DNA of 64,000 nucleotides from Sphaerodactylus townsendi (Eukaryota). The stretch is taken from contig NC_059427.1 of the NCBI RefSeq assembly GCF_021028975.2, positions 126,976,001 to 127,040,000 on the forward strand. The letters are read 5' to 3'. This document shows, one piece after another, positions 38,684 through 52,500 of this stretch. The translations under genes and the position numbers were made by a program. The stretch's first letter is position 1. Every line of letters begins with the position of its first letter. The notes beneath the pieces were generated by a model that saw nothing but the letters and a program-made list of their open reading frames with translations, was not told the origin of the DNA and searched no databases.

Positions 38684-40490
38684 TACACACACACACACAC
38701 ACACTCTCACTCACTCACTCATACACACACACCATTACACTCAAGTTCAGCCTAACCTTTAGGAAGAAAAAAAAGATCAGAGAAGAATGTATTCTTCCCT
38801 TAGCTCCTTGAAGGAAACGTGGAATAAAATTGAATCTGATGAATAAATAAATTGCATTTTCAGATGGAAGAAATGTTGTTGCTTCAAGTAATCATTACCC
38901 TGCCCAGTAATTATAAGTTTAGCCTCTGGTCGCTTCCCATCTAACTTTCAAAGCAATCTACTTTTTGAGAATGTTTTAAGGAGTGGGATTCATGCTAGGA
39001 AAATGAAGCTGGAATATTTTTTTCTCTTCTATTGTTTTTTCGCATTGCCTAGAGTTAGGGAAGCTCCATCATGGAGACAGACACTGTATAAGAATTACTG
39101 TCTTCTAGGAATGTTGCACACAGTAAGCGTCACTAACAAGAAAGGCTAAGGAAGAATCAGGAATCCAAAGACCAACTACATTGGGATTCATGTAATGGAC
39201 TCCAAAGAGCCTTATGGTCTGATGCTGAGCCTTACTGTGTCTGGTCAGCTCTCGGAGCCCTCTTCAGATACAGAGTGAAATAGGAGTGTACAACATTGGG
39301 CAATGCCTTTGGCAGGCAATGCAAAGCCTCTCGGTGGCTAGGCATGGTATGAGTATCAGACATTCTGCCCTTGACTGATCAATGAGGCCTGTTGTATAAA
39401 AAGGCACCAGCTCAATCTCTCCATTCTAGCAACTATCTTCATGGACTAAAGATTTGGAGAACATATTTTGGATCTGGATTTAGGTACACCTGCCCAACAA
39501 CTTGATCTAGTAATGGTTCTCAACATTCCAAAACCCTCTGGAAGTCATAGGGAAATCAAAGGCCCTTTCCCCACTTACCGATTGTTGTGCACTACTCATG
39601 CTGAATGACGCGGGGTCTAGCGGCACTCCCTATGACAGGGGCGGTGACAACGCAGCTGCCCCGACTCTGCCACTCTTGCGCCCCCTCAGCGCGTGTCATT
39701 TCTGGCGCTGTTTGGAACAGCGCCTTTTGAATGACCCCGCACAGAGCGTGCGGCAGTGGGGAAGCCCGCGTGGTTGCCCCGGGTTTCCATTTTCCCGCCG
39801 CCTGATGACGTGGACCCTCCCATCCAATCAGGGCATGGCGGGGCGTTCGCGATGTGGCGGGAATTTTTTTTAATTTTAAACTGGACGAATCCACGACTTT
39901 GTGGACACATGTCCACAAAGTCGTGGATTCGTCTAGTTGAAAATTAAAAAAAATTCCCGCCACATCATGAACGCCCTGCCATGCCCTGATTGGATGGGAG
40001 GGCCCACGTCATCAGGCGGCGGGAAAATCGCAAACTCAGCAGCCAATCAGGACACCCCCTGAACGAATATTGGGGAGTCCTGCCTGGCTGCTGCGCGGCT
40101 GCCAGCGCTCATTTCAGGAAGGGGCGGAAGCTGCGGTGGGGAACATGAGCCCGGGCTGAAAAGGTCCCGCAGCAGATGAAACTGGTAAGTCTCCCTGCAC
40201 CAATCTTCTGCATCAGGTAAAAACCACACAAATTATATCTGGTATATGTGATTAATATTGACTGCTATAGCAGCACCCTGACTTGGATGGTTATCCTGAT
40301 CTTGCCGGATCTGAGAAGTTAAGCAGAAGGGCCCTGGTCAATACTTGGATGAGAGCCACCAGGGAATACGAAAGTCATTATGCAGAAGAAGGTAATGGCA
40401 AACCACTGTTTGTCTCTTGCCTTGAAAACGCTAGTGGGTAGCCATAAGTCAGCTGCGACTTGACAGCACTTTACTCTCTCTCTGTCTCTC

Positions 40491-40548
<58 letters not shown>

Positions 40549-43500
40549 AGTAGGCATTATTTCAACCAATGAGGAAAAAGTTTTAACTAAAGGGAGCAAG
40601 TTTTGCAGAAGCCTCTTAGCTCTTTTGATAACAGATAATAACGATAGCCAAAGCATAAAGTCTGCTAAGCACCGGACTGTGCAGAAAATGCATAATCTAC
40701 AAGCCATCTCATTCCTCTGTTCACAGGAGTAATTTTTTCTTATTTTTCTTTTTTCCCCTCCAGGATATACAGTTTGCCAAAGTAGAGAATGATGCAGCCC
40801 AAATTTCACTGGATATAACAAACACCAATTGCAGTCTGAATACACTTCAGAAGACCCTTGCAGAGCTGGACAAGGAGATGGATGAAATGAATGGGCAGGT
40901 CAACCACAGCGAGTCTGAGATCGCCAGGCGTAACCTCTTGATTGGGCGCAAGCAAGGAATAATCAACCTGTACAACAAGAAGCTGGAAATTATGATTTCA
41001 CAGCTGGGGGTATGTTTCCTGTGACTTTCACTGATTTTCAAAATCCAGTCATGCAGGCTCAGAATCTCATTGGATTTAAATTTGTGTCCTATATTTATAA
41101 TCTGCCTTTCTTATTGAGACTCACACAGTGGAAGCTGATACAGTCAATACGATGAGACATCCAATAAGCTACGTAGTAGGTTTACAAAGAACTGAGCAAG
41201 CGTCGCCTCTTAGAGTGCAGATACAATGCTGAAAAAAATATTTATGCATCAGCAGAAAATAATACAGTGACAACTTTCAATTGCATGGAGCAAACAGATA
41301 ATGCATCCTATATATAGTTGTATAGTTCACAGTCCCTTTCCCTTTATAAAGCACCTTCCTGAATAATCATTTTACAGTAAAGCCCTATTTGTTGATAGAA
41401 AAGTCCTCCTGAAGAACCATGTTATATATAGTTTGCACAATGACCAGTGGTGTCGTGCCCATAGGGGCGAGCCGTGGCGGAGGCGTGGTCAGGGCATGGG
41501 GGAGCGTTCCGGGGCGGGGGCAGACGGCGCTGCAGCAGGATGCAGTTTCCCCTCACCCAGCCTCTGAGAATGGCAGAAATATGGAGGCCTCCCAACTCCC
41601 TCAATCAGGTCATTCCACAAAGTGGGGGTCAAAACACAAGAAGCTCATGTATGGGCAGTTGTTGATCTTGCCTCTTTGCAGGGTGACACCAGCAGAAGGC
41701 CCTGAACAGATGAGTGAAGCTGTCATGGCAGAGTGTAGAAGGAGACCTAGTCCTGCTGATAAGAGGGTCCAAAGTCATGTAGGCCTTTGTATGGGATAGT
41801 ACCTTGAACTGAATCCAGCAGCTAATGGACAGTCAATGGAGTGATTGCAGAGTGGGTTGAATTTGCATGCTCTATGTAGCTACTGATAACTAACTGAATG
41901 GTAGCATTCTGTACCGACTGGAATCTCTAAGTTGACTTTAAGTGCAAACGAATGTACAGAGCATTACAATAGTTTAATCTTTTTTTAAAAAAAAATCTTT
42001 AAACAATAGTCTAATCTTGATGTTGCCATGGCATGGGTCCCAGTGCCAGATCGGCTGAGTCAGTATAAGGGGCCATATGTCATGCTATACTAAGCAGCTA
42101 GAAAGTGGTTTTTGCAGTTGTACTAATTTGCTTCTTCAGCAGTAATGTTAGGTCCAGTGTAACCCCAAATCAACAAGGGTCAGCTTCAGATGCGTACCGC
42201 CCAGAAGGATATGTGTGGTCACACGTCCCCAGGCGCCACGCATTTGATCACGTGGTGGTGCAAAATCGCTCCACCCCACATCCCTCCTTGTGCCCAGGGC
42301 TGCCGAGGAGCTCCCAGCGCCCAAGACTCGGTGTAGCCCGGCAGCCCCTTCCCAAAGCGCACCCTACTTCACCTTCCCTGAGGTTGGGGCATGTCAGCAA
42401 CACAGGAGAAAACGTCCCTTCTGCCCGCCTGGCAGTCCCCACCACAGCAGCAGAGATGAAGGAAACGGGGGCAGCTTATGTCTGGCAATGCTCAGGAGGG
42501 GAGTGGAGCAGAGGGAGGGGGACACACACATGCATGGGTTTCCTCCTTTGTCGGCCACTCATGTGTCATGCAAGGGGGCCAATGAGAGGAAGAGCTCAGC
42601 CCTGAAGAGAGGCAAAAGATGCTACAGCCGCCACTTGCAGGGATGGAGGGAGCCTGAGGTGCAAAGGGAAAATGGATCCGACAGCCCTGGCAGCGACCTT
42701 GGCATGAGGCTGAGGAGCCCTGCTGTCTTCCAGCCAATAAATCCAATGTAAGTAGGGCTTTGGGGGGTGGGGGGTTGGGGGGAGAACTTTGGTCTTGCCC
42801 TGGGCGCCATTTTCTGCCGGTACCCCTCTGGTCAGCTTAATGCCATCTAATGTAGGAAGTACATCTGATGAAACAATCTCTGGCTCAAATACTTATGCTG
42901 GAATAAATTTTGTTAGTCTTTAAATGCTCTAAGAAGTCTGTTTAATTTTGCTGCTGAAGGCTAACAGGAACTACCCATATGGGACTGCGAGAAAGGAATT
43001 TTGTGCACGTAGAGGCGTGCCACTAAAGTTGTTTATTTCTGGTTCTGCAGAACTGAGTATAAGCAACAACAAGAGTACAGACACGGAAAACTGGGTCAAA
43101 TAAAATAATCCTTATTCCAGGGACAAGAGTTGGGACCTCTGGAACTTGAAATCAAGAAGCTGGGCAAGCAGATAGATGAAATGGACATGGAAATAGTGAA
43201 GATGCAGAGGTTTTGGTTGGACCGGCAGAAGGAATTAGTGAAGCTAAGTAAAGAACGAGAAGAGCAGCTGGCATCCCTGGACATGCTGAAGAAAGAGATC
43301 ACAATCAAGGAACAAAAGAAAGTGCGCACAGAAAGTAAGTATAGTCCTCTGGAGGCCTTTGATTAGATCGGGGAACATCTGGCTCGCAGGCCATATAAGG
43401 CCTGCAAAATCATTTGGTCTGGCCCTGCCAAGGCAACCGCAGGCGGGACTCAAAATTCAAACCTGGAAAAACAGTTGCGAGTAGCAACATCGTCAGTACC

Positions 43501-46500
43501 AGCTAGCTTCACGTGCCTCACCAAAGAGAAGCAGTTCCGGCCATCACATTAGGGGTGAGTTAATTAAACGCTTGACCAAATATAGCAATCTAATTTTTAA
43601 GTTGATCATTTTGTATGGCCCGCAAATGATGTTATAAATACTCAAATGGCCCTTGGCAGAAAAAAGGTTCCCCACCCGTAGATTAGATCTTTCTTCTGAG
43701 CTTTGAGTGCGTTATCTTCTTGTATGCTTGAATCCTTCATATCTGCAACTGCAAACCAATAACTCAGCTACAGAAGTAATAGTAATACTGGGAGAAAAGT
43801 ATCATGTGTGGCTCAGTGATGGAGACTCAACCAGCAAAGGTTTTTCAAGTATCTGAAAATGTGAGGCAATAATTTTGGGTTAGGGGAATAGTTGCTCCTG
43901 ACATCTCAAAATACTTGCTAACTTCTCAGGGAAAGTCATATGTAATTTATTGGCAACTGACATTAAGGTCAATAACTCAGAGCAAGCTGTTGCCAAAGTC
44001 CCACAGAACTGCTGATGCATCACATTGTATGATGCTTACATGCTGCAGTAGATTTCTCAAAATTACAACTTTCACAGAGAAGTTGGAAAATATTCTGTAC
44101 GGAGAAACTTGGTTGTCTGCAGAATTTGGAATTTTTGGATGCAAGTACGTGTACTCAGTACACATGGAGCACCCCACCATTGGACAAATAACACCTGCAG
44201 CTCCATATCAGCTTGGGAAAGTGGCATGGGGGGAGGCCAAAAATCTTCCCAACCTGTCCCCCATAATACTTCTCTAAATTAGGCCCCGTGGTGCTTTTAA
44301 GTTGAATTCCCATTTGGATGCAAAATAGCTGTGAGTCCCCATGGCAGACCCACATATGTTGTAAAACATAGTTTGGTCCTGAGACAAAGCATATTTTAGA
44401 AGAGATGATTTATCAACATGGACAGGATGCTGTTTGCAGAGGTGTCTGCATTAGTGCAGCACTCCACTCACTCTCGTATTTGTTCTCAGCCCCCTTCTCA
44501 TCAGCAGCTTAGGACTCGTTCGTATTTTAGATCATGATTATATTTTTTCTTTTTCTTCAGATGAAATCCAGCAGGAGAAAAATGAACTCAAGGACATCGA
44601 GCGCCACATGAAGAACATGGCCAATGATTTGGAGAAACTACATTTGTTGATCTATAAGAACAGTGCAAACTCAGAGGAGTTACAGCAGGGCAACACTATT
44701 ATGGAGAATGAATTTGTGCTTGCACTCAAGGTATGCCCTGTTTCCCAGATGTAGACCCACATATCCATTGGCGGAGCATCGCTAATGCACAGCAGTGCCC
44801 ATGCACTGCCACGTTTACAGTGTATGCCACCTTTGTTGCTGTTGATAGGAGCAGGGCCAGTCCTACCCAATAGGCATAAATCAGTGCATTTCTCTAATCA
44901 GACCAAAAAACCAAGGTGCATATGTTACTTTACTTTTTTCATATGAATGTTTATTCTCACACTCAGTCCCGGATCTCAGACACTTCTCACTGATGGTAGC
45001 TGCGTTAGTACACATGACACAGCCACTGTCATTGCTTCCTGAAGGACTACATATCCTATATGTTTTTATTTTTATTCATTTATTTATTCAATGTATATGT
45101 CACTCTTCCAAAATGGCCCAGAACAGCTCACAGCATTTCATTCAAAATACACAATTCCGTCTAAAATGCTAATAACTAAATAAAATTACTAACTGCACAC
45201 AATAAAACAGACTAAAAACACACAACCAACAGAAACCCTCACATACTCCCACCCTCCTAGGAGAATCTGGAGATTGTACAGGTGACATTCTTAAGTCACT
45301 GTTCATTCTTAAGTCACAGTGCAGCAGAAAACTTTGAAGAATCACTAAGTTGCTCAGTCAGCCTGCACTCCTTTACATGATAATCTATTGTTGCTCTGCT
45401 TTGCTGGAGTGTACAAGAAAAAGGTAATCACGTTGTATAAAAAGGAAAACTATGTCCTCCAAAAGACAGTCTGATTTGAGACAGTAAGTTCTGTTACATT
45501 GCCTGTTCTTTCTTCCAAGTACATAGTGAAACAGTAGTTGTCTCCATCTTTCTGGTTCTAGGGAGCTGAGAGGGAATCGATTGAATGGCAAGAGAAGCTC
45601 GACCGACTGCATGAGGAAAAAGAGAGACTCGTCAGCAGCTTGGTGGAGACAGAGTGAGTTGCAGGTGTTTGTCCTTTTTAATTTAGCCTCTTTTGTATAG
45701 CAGTTAGTCTTTCAAATTGGAGTGATGGCAATAATACACATTTCTTTTGTGAGTGCTTTTGGAAGGAGGAGGAATCAACAGTACAATCAAACTGTAATCA
45801 CTGGCTCCACAGATTTCCTCATATTATAGCTGGGCACTGGAGCTGACAGCAAATTCTGCATTTAAAATAAAAGGTTGGCAATTCATTTATCCCAATTTAA
45901 TTGTTCAGGCATTTCCACATTCTGCTTTTCTAAAAAAGTTGTGTAGTTTTATTATCAAAATTATTACATCTGTTGTGAAAGTTCAAATGTTACAGCACAG
46001 TGTACTGTGAGAGCCAGCATGGTGTAGAGGTTAGGAGCAGGTGGATTCTAATCTGGAGAACTGGGTTTGATTCCCCACTCCTCCACTTGAGTGGCAGAGG
46101 TTTATCTGGTGAACCAGATGTGTTTCCACACTCCTACATTCCTGCTGGGGGACCTTGGGCTAGTCAGAGTTCTTTGGAACCCTCTCAGCCCCACCTACCT
46201 CGCAAGGTGTCTGTTGTGGGGAGAGGAGGGGAAAGGAGCTTGTAGGCCACCTTGAGTCTCCTTACAGGAGAGAAAGGTGGGATATAAATCCAAATTCCTC
46301 CTCCTCTTCTTTTTCACTCAAGGGTAGCGCTGCAACCTCCTCCTGGGGGCTTTTAAATGCAATAATGGGAACTTTGTGCTTAGTGATTGTGTGGGATCTA
46401 TGCATATTTTTTTCTTGAGAGATTGCATTTTCTTGTGTAATGTAGGATCTTACAGCTGGAAAAATGCAATGCCCCTTTCTCTCAAAAAGTAGGCCTATTG

Positions 46501-49500
46501 CAAGTGTTAAGTGGAATGCAATTGCAAACTCCTGTCGTGTAAACTCCTGTTGGGTAATGACATTGGTAGCCATGAATGACCCACCTTCTCTCTCCTGCCA
46601 TGCTTGTGCCTTCTGACCTTTTATAGGGGTTAGACCCTTTTCTGACCTTTAAATGGTAGCTCATATTGTTTTGACCACATGGGCAGGCCAGAATAGGGGG
46701 AAAAACTCTTCTGTGTTTTGTATAAAAGTTTTCTCACTCCTATGCTTGAAGGTGTCAGATGATGCAATGGGAGAAGAAGATACAGATCGCCAAAGAGATG
46801 CGTGCTGCAGTGGCCTCTGAGACTGGGATGGGTGAAATCCAGGCCATGAAATCAGAAATTCACAGGATGCAGGTGACGTCTACTATTCTGCATGACTTGG
46901 GTCAGGTCTGATTCAGATATAGGGGTGCGTGTAAGAAATTGTAGGCATCTAGTTAACTTTCCTACCAGAGGCATACCTCAGTAACGCTTCAGATTCATTA
47001 AAGATATAGTACACATGCAATACTTTCAGGGGATCTCTGCTTCAATTTTAAGCTTTTATTAAAACGTATCTATTCAGCACTCTTAACGTTGGCTAAATCA
47101 ACAGAAAATTGTACCATCCATCACTGTTACATAGATAATTAAAGGAGAACAATTAAAAGTTATTCACCCCAAAGATAAGTATGTCTCAGGCAAGGAGCCT
47201 CTGCAGAGAATAAGCTCTCCGCCAGTTCCACTTCCCCTTTCTATAGCTTTTTAACATTATCTCTTAACAGTTGCTAGCTGCCCCACTTGAACTTGCATTC
47301 TTGGCTAACTAATTACAGTCAAACCTCGGTCTTCGCTGTTAATCCGTCCGGCGACGGGCAGCGAAATCCGAAAACGGCACAGACCAAGGTACCCTGTTTG
47401 CGCATGCGCAATGCTGTTTGCGCATGCACAAAGCAAATGGCGTATGAAATTTGTGTAAAGGTCGCCTCAGAAGCCGAGGCGACCGCAGATTTCCAAGGTG
47501 ACCTAACGGCCGGGGGGCGACCAGCAAAGACTGAAACCATTGATCTCCGTGGGCAACTATCACCGAGGTTTGTATCTTATAGTTTCAAGCACCATACACA
47601 ATGATCTATGCTTGAACAGTCTTCTTAAAATGTATAAAAACTGTCAGTTCGTTCTTTTTGCTTTTTAACTTAACAAAGTCTGTTTAGAAATAGTGATTAC
47701 AAGTTTCTCATACATATGAATATCTTGCCCTCAACAAATACTATGAATCATATCTTCTATGAATCATATCTTCACTTTTGTAACGTAAAACACTCTTTTC
47801 ATTTTTAAATGCTCTCTGCACAACAGATGTATTGATATGAGTTAGGAAGTTCTTCATCTATACAGGTGCATATAATTATGGCGTTTTGTTTTGCTTCTTT
47901 CCAAGGTTATTCTCTAGATCTACAAGCATGCTTCCCCGCTAGCTAACTTCACAGTTTTCATTCTCAAGAAGAATTAAGTTATGAATCAGTGGCTTTATGC
48001 CCAGAATAAATCTCAGAATAAATGGAACAAAGTGTGCAGCAATTATTTTTGGGATGATCAGAGATGTTTAACGGCACCCCTTTAGAGAAAATAAATTAGA
48101 CTCTTGGAATTGTATCTGTGCAAGGGAGTGAACTCTAAAAACTCAAATCTCTCAAATGTGGGTTGTGGCGAGACTTATCTTACCTTTTCAGAAAAGCTCT
48201 TAGAAAGAATTTAAGAAATCACATTTTATCTTTAAATTCAGGTTATGTAGGAAAATGAATGACACATATCATGCTTTTTATTTATAATCTCATTTATCCA
48301 TGTGCCAAGGCTGACCTGCCATGTCCTGGGAGAATTGTTCTCCCTCTCCTGAACCAGAGACTCCGAACCATGACCCACTGGTAATAATGTAACCCAAGAT
48401 TACCCTGGGTTTGAATCAGTGAACTCTTAGCAACAGGACACCATAAAGCTACGTAGGCTTTATTGTAAATGAAGGGAGATTTTAAAACAATATAGTTTCA
48501 GTGAAGGTTTAAGCACATTAGACCAATAAAGCTGACTGTCTACTGAATGGTTCTTATCATGCAGATTTAACTTGATATTTTGGCAAACTCAGTACAAAAG
48601 TAAGCAGGATAACCCAGAATAGATGTAACAGCAACTTAACACAGCAAAACCAACATAGCAGGTAAAGTAAGGGATGAGGCCTACTTTTATAGGAAACAGG
48701 CCACTTTCCACAACCAATCAGAGCACTGTCCTAAGAGATCTAACTCCCTCAAGTCTAGGTAAAACCAGCAAACTGGTGGCAGCTGACCTGGGGTTAGTAA
48801 TAGTCTATGCTGGGAAGTCTGCTTCTCATTAGTTGCAGATTGACACCTGTTGTTCCCTGAGCTGCAAATGATGGCATTTTACCTCAAGATACCTCATTCC
48901 CTTAACAGCATGCTCCTGTTTTCTGTATAATGCAATAATTCTTTATTGAATTTGTGCACGAATAATTAGAGTGATTTTAAATAATGTTCTTAACCTTGTT
49001 TAAACTTAACTTAACTGGGCAACGTGATCATTGGCTGAGGTTCAAAGTTTTCACCAAGGCTAAATACACTTCTGACTCTCTTCAGAACCTATACTGGATA
49101 ATCACTGAAGAGGCTGATCAAATAGCCTTGTGGTTTTGTGGCGAATGCCTTGCTTTAAAACAAAGACACTGTTTTAAGTAATGTACTGTATTAATTAATG
49201 TACTATTTTAAGTAATACCCCCTTCACATGCAGGTGTAACAGAATTCACATTCTCAGAACCACAGAATCAGGATGAGTCAATTTTGGCACCAGCCTGATT
49301 CTCACATGTCCCCTGTGTATAGCTAAAATGAAATGCACCAAAGTACATCATCTCTTTCCTAGGTGCATTCAGCCTCTGTGTATTGTAGGTAAGGCATGAC
49401 CAGCTGAAAAAGCTACAGGAGAAGATGATACGAGATATGGAGGCAGCTGTTGCCCGTCGAGAGACCATTTTGAGTCATAGTGAGGACCAGAACAAAATGA

Positions 49501-52500
49501 ATAAAAAAGTACTCACGAAAGGCGAATTCCATTACAAGAAGCTGGAGTTGAAGAAAAAAATCAAAGAGATCCAGAAGGTACGCTTGTACAAAAAGACATT
49601 AATACTTTAATAGGGCAATATAGCTAAGAAGGGGATTTCTTAACGCGGATTTTGCTCGCTGGCACATTCAGGAATTTGCACACAACACAAGTTGTGGTAA
49701 CCGATAACTAAAATCCATGTCTGACTTGCCCATTTTTGCACATTGTCCCTGAAATGGCACAGAGAAAACTGGTTCAGTTTGCAACAGAACCCGCATTCTG
49801 CACAGAGCTCCCCTTCCAGGCTTCCCAGTGTGAATGTGAGGGCCTCATCAAAGGCTGACTTTCTTCCAATATCCCTTAAACACCTCAGAACGCACTCCTT
49901 CAAGATTGCCACCATTTCTCTGATATGTATTATGAGGGGCTGTTGAGCTCCTTGTTCCCTTCCATTGCTAGCAGCACAAATGATGTGTCTGGGCTGGATC
50001 CCATGATTCAGAGTTGCATTCATTGGAGAGGCAGAAAGTGTGATTTCACCCCATCTTCACTTCAGTCTCCTGGGCAAGTGATATTAATCCATGTTGGTCC
50101 CATGACTCCTGGAATCAACTTTCTTGGGATTGGAGCAGTAGCGTATTTGCCTAGGGATGAGGGGTACCCTCTGTCCCCGAGTGCCGCTAATCTGGTCACG
50201 TGGGGGGCACAAAATTGGTCCCCCACGTGACCAGGAAGATGGCAAGGCAGCAGGACGTCCTGCTGCCTCGTCGTCTTCGGGCACCCTCTACCTCGCGCAT
50301 GTCGTCATCAACATGGGCAGTGTCAAGGGCGCCTGGCTGCTGCCTCCCCCTCTGCCTGCCGCCCCCCTTGCTTCCTGCTCCCAGCCGGCAGTCCCTTCTG
50401 TCCTCCCCTTTGAGGAGGCCAGAATCGACTGCCGTCCCTTGGCCTCTGAGACCTGCTTTTATAAGCACTGAGGCTGGGGGCAGGACTTAGGGAGGTGTGT
50501 CCACATCCCCAGGGGTGGGGGTGTGGCCACCCCTCCCTGAGTCCCATCCCCTGGCCTCAGTGCTTATAAAAGCAGGTCTCGGAGGCCAAGGGACGGCAGT
50601 CGCTTCTAGCCTCCCTGGAGGGGAGGACAGAAGGGACTGCCGAGTGCCAGCTGGGAGCCAAGAGCAAGGGGGCGGGGCAGCATGGGGGGGCGGAGCCCGC
50701 TCTGTCCCACCCCGCCCCCAGGCATCAGGGTCTCCAAGTGCCATTTCCCCCTGATACGCCTCTGAGTTGGAAGACTGCTGGGAGGAGACATAAAGTCACA
50801 CAGCAAGATTCCAGGGCAGAGCAGGGATCTCCCAGATCCCATTCTGGCACTCTAAAACTACACTCACCTGGAATACAGCTTAGTATAGAGAGCAGCCTTC
50901 TAAGACCGCAGTAAGTATGACCTGAAAACAGAGGTTAACTCCAAGTACAGGTTGATTTAAATCTTTCTCCCCTGCTATTTAGATAACCTCAAAATGTGAG
51001 TTAAGATAAAGTGATTTGATTGCATGGAACAGCAACACAACAGAAGTGTACTGCACGGAACCCAACATGTGACCTTCAGTTTACTGTTCCAAGCATAGTT
51101 CAGTGCCATAAACTTCCATCCCTTGCTGTAGGAGCACTTACATCTTTGCTGCTTGCATTAAGGCAAGGCAGCACTCCAGAATGGGCCACTTCATATTTAT
51201 GTTGTTCTATTTGGCACCAAAGAAAACAAAGATGCGCAACCATCGCCCAACTCGGCTGGAACTGAGATACAGAATATATCTTTTTGACCCTTCCTTAGAA
51301 TGCCGAGGACTGCAACAGCATTATAACTCAGCTTGATGATACTCAGAAAAACATCAGCAATGCTCTTCTGGAGAAGCAGAAACTGATTTCCAGCTTGAAT
51401 GTTGAAAATGATGAGTTGGATATAAAAATTGATCACCTGCAGGAAAAAAAACTGCACGTAAGCAGGGTTGGGTTTCTTTGCAATGTACATTCCGTGTTCT
51501 TTTTGAGAACTGATGTATACATTCTTCTACTGACCCATAACCATACCTATCCAGATATGTTCTATGTTTCCACAAGCACATCTTCTGCCTCACTCCCTAA
51601 GCTTTAGATATACATAGATACTTTCTGCCCTGTTCTTTGTTCTCTCTCTGCTTCAGCTGTTCCAGGATCAGTAGTACTAATACAGGTGTCCTCTGACTTA
51701 AACCTTAGTCTGCTGATTTTTAAATGCCTGCAAGCAGGCTTGACAATTTCTTGTCTCCCCGCTTTCTTCAGCAAAGTCTGCTGAGTTGTATTCCTGCCAT
51801 CATAGTAATGTAGCTATGGCTCATCAGTGTCCTGCTGTGTGGTTGCCAGGGCAACAGCAGTTGCAGTGACTGCTTTGTCAGCACTCCAGTTTCCCAGGTA
51901 CCTTGCAGCTGTAGCTCCCATCTTCAGGATTATGTTAGCCTGTTGAATGGGGCCTTCGTCTGGAAACTTGAACACAGTGTTAATAGAAGCAGGGAGAGAA
52001 GCACATTTGCACTTCTTTTTCTGTCTCGATGGGCAAGTGAACTGGCTATCAGGCGCGCCAGATCGCAGAGCATTCTGAATGCGAGAAATAAATGTGTCCA
52101 GCAACGTGAATGTCTTCTCTGCAACATTTCTGCATCGGATCCATATCTGCAGTTAGCAATTTGGTGTGGAGCCGATTGAGATTAAATTGCTTCAGCTATG
52201 ACAATGCAGTCTGGTTGCATTGAAATGGTTAGTATTCTTTCAGTGCAACCCAAACCAGATTTATACTCTCTTAGGTCTTTGAAGTCTGTTAGAAGGGTGT
52301 GACTTTGTTTAGGATTGCACTGCTTGTCACCTCAGCTTATTTCTCCCATTACATTTTGTTTTCTTTTCAAAGCCTGTTCTTCTGCAAAGACGGCATAATG
52401 TTTCTGTGGTTTATAGTACCTAAGGGAGTGATGGGTCCAACGTTCCTCTGACCACTTTTGACGGTCCTACCTGTTGGCAGTGGGTTGGACTTGATGGCCC

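Noticed and set aside
40275-40370. 5S rRNA gene; likewise tRNA genes at the SINE heads
   Set aside because: Diverged, truncated and fused to SINE bodies, so retroposon heads rather than functional RNA genes
42022-42035. X-box-like GTTGCCATGGCAT
   Set aside because: Falls within a degraded L2 fragment and lacks the complete second half-site
42105-42810. ORFs of 150-166 aa here and similar ones at 25020-25487, 26825-27466 and 50157-50842
   Set aside because: They lie in GC-rich non-autonomous transposons or repeat mosaics and have no transposase or other domain motifs
42860-42980. Penelope-like terminal repeat with a possible hammerhead ribozyme (CTGATGA...); similar remnants near 7265, 11005, 55620 and 56690
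   Set aside because: The GAAA core and stem II are degenerate; no intact ribozyme can be drawn
48380-48910. Possible solo LTR (minus-strand TATA and AATAAA, CCAAT)
   Set aside because: Boundaries and TSD could not be established
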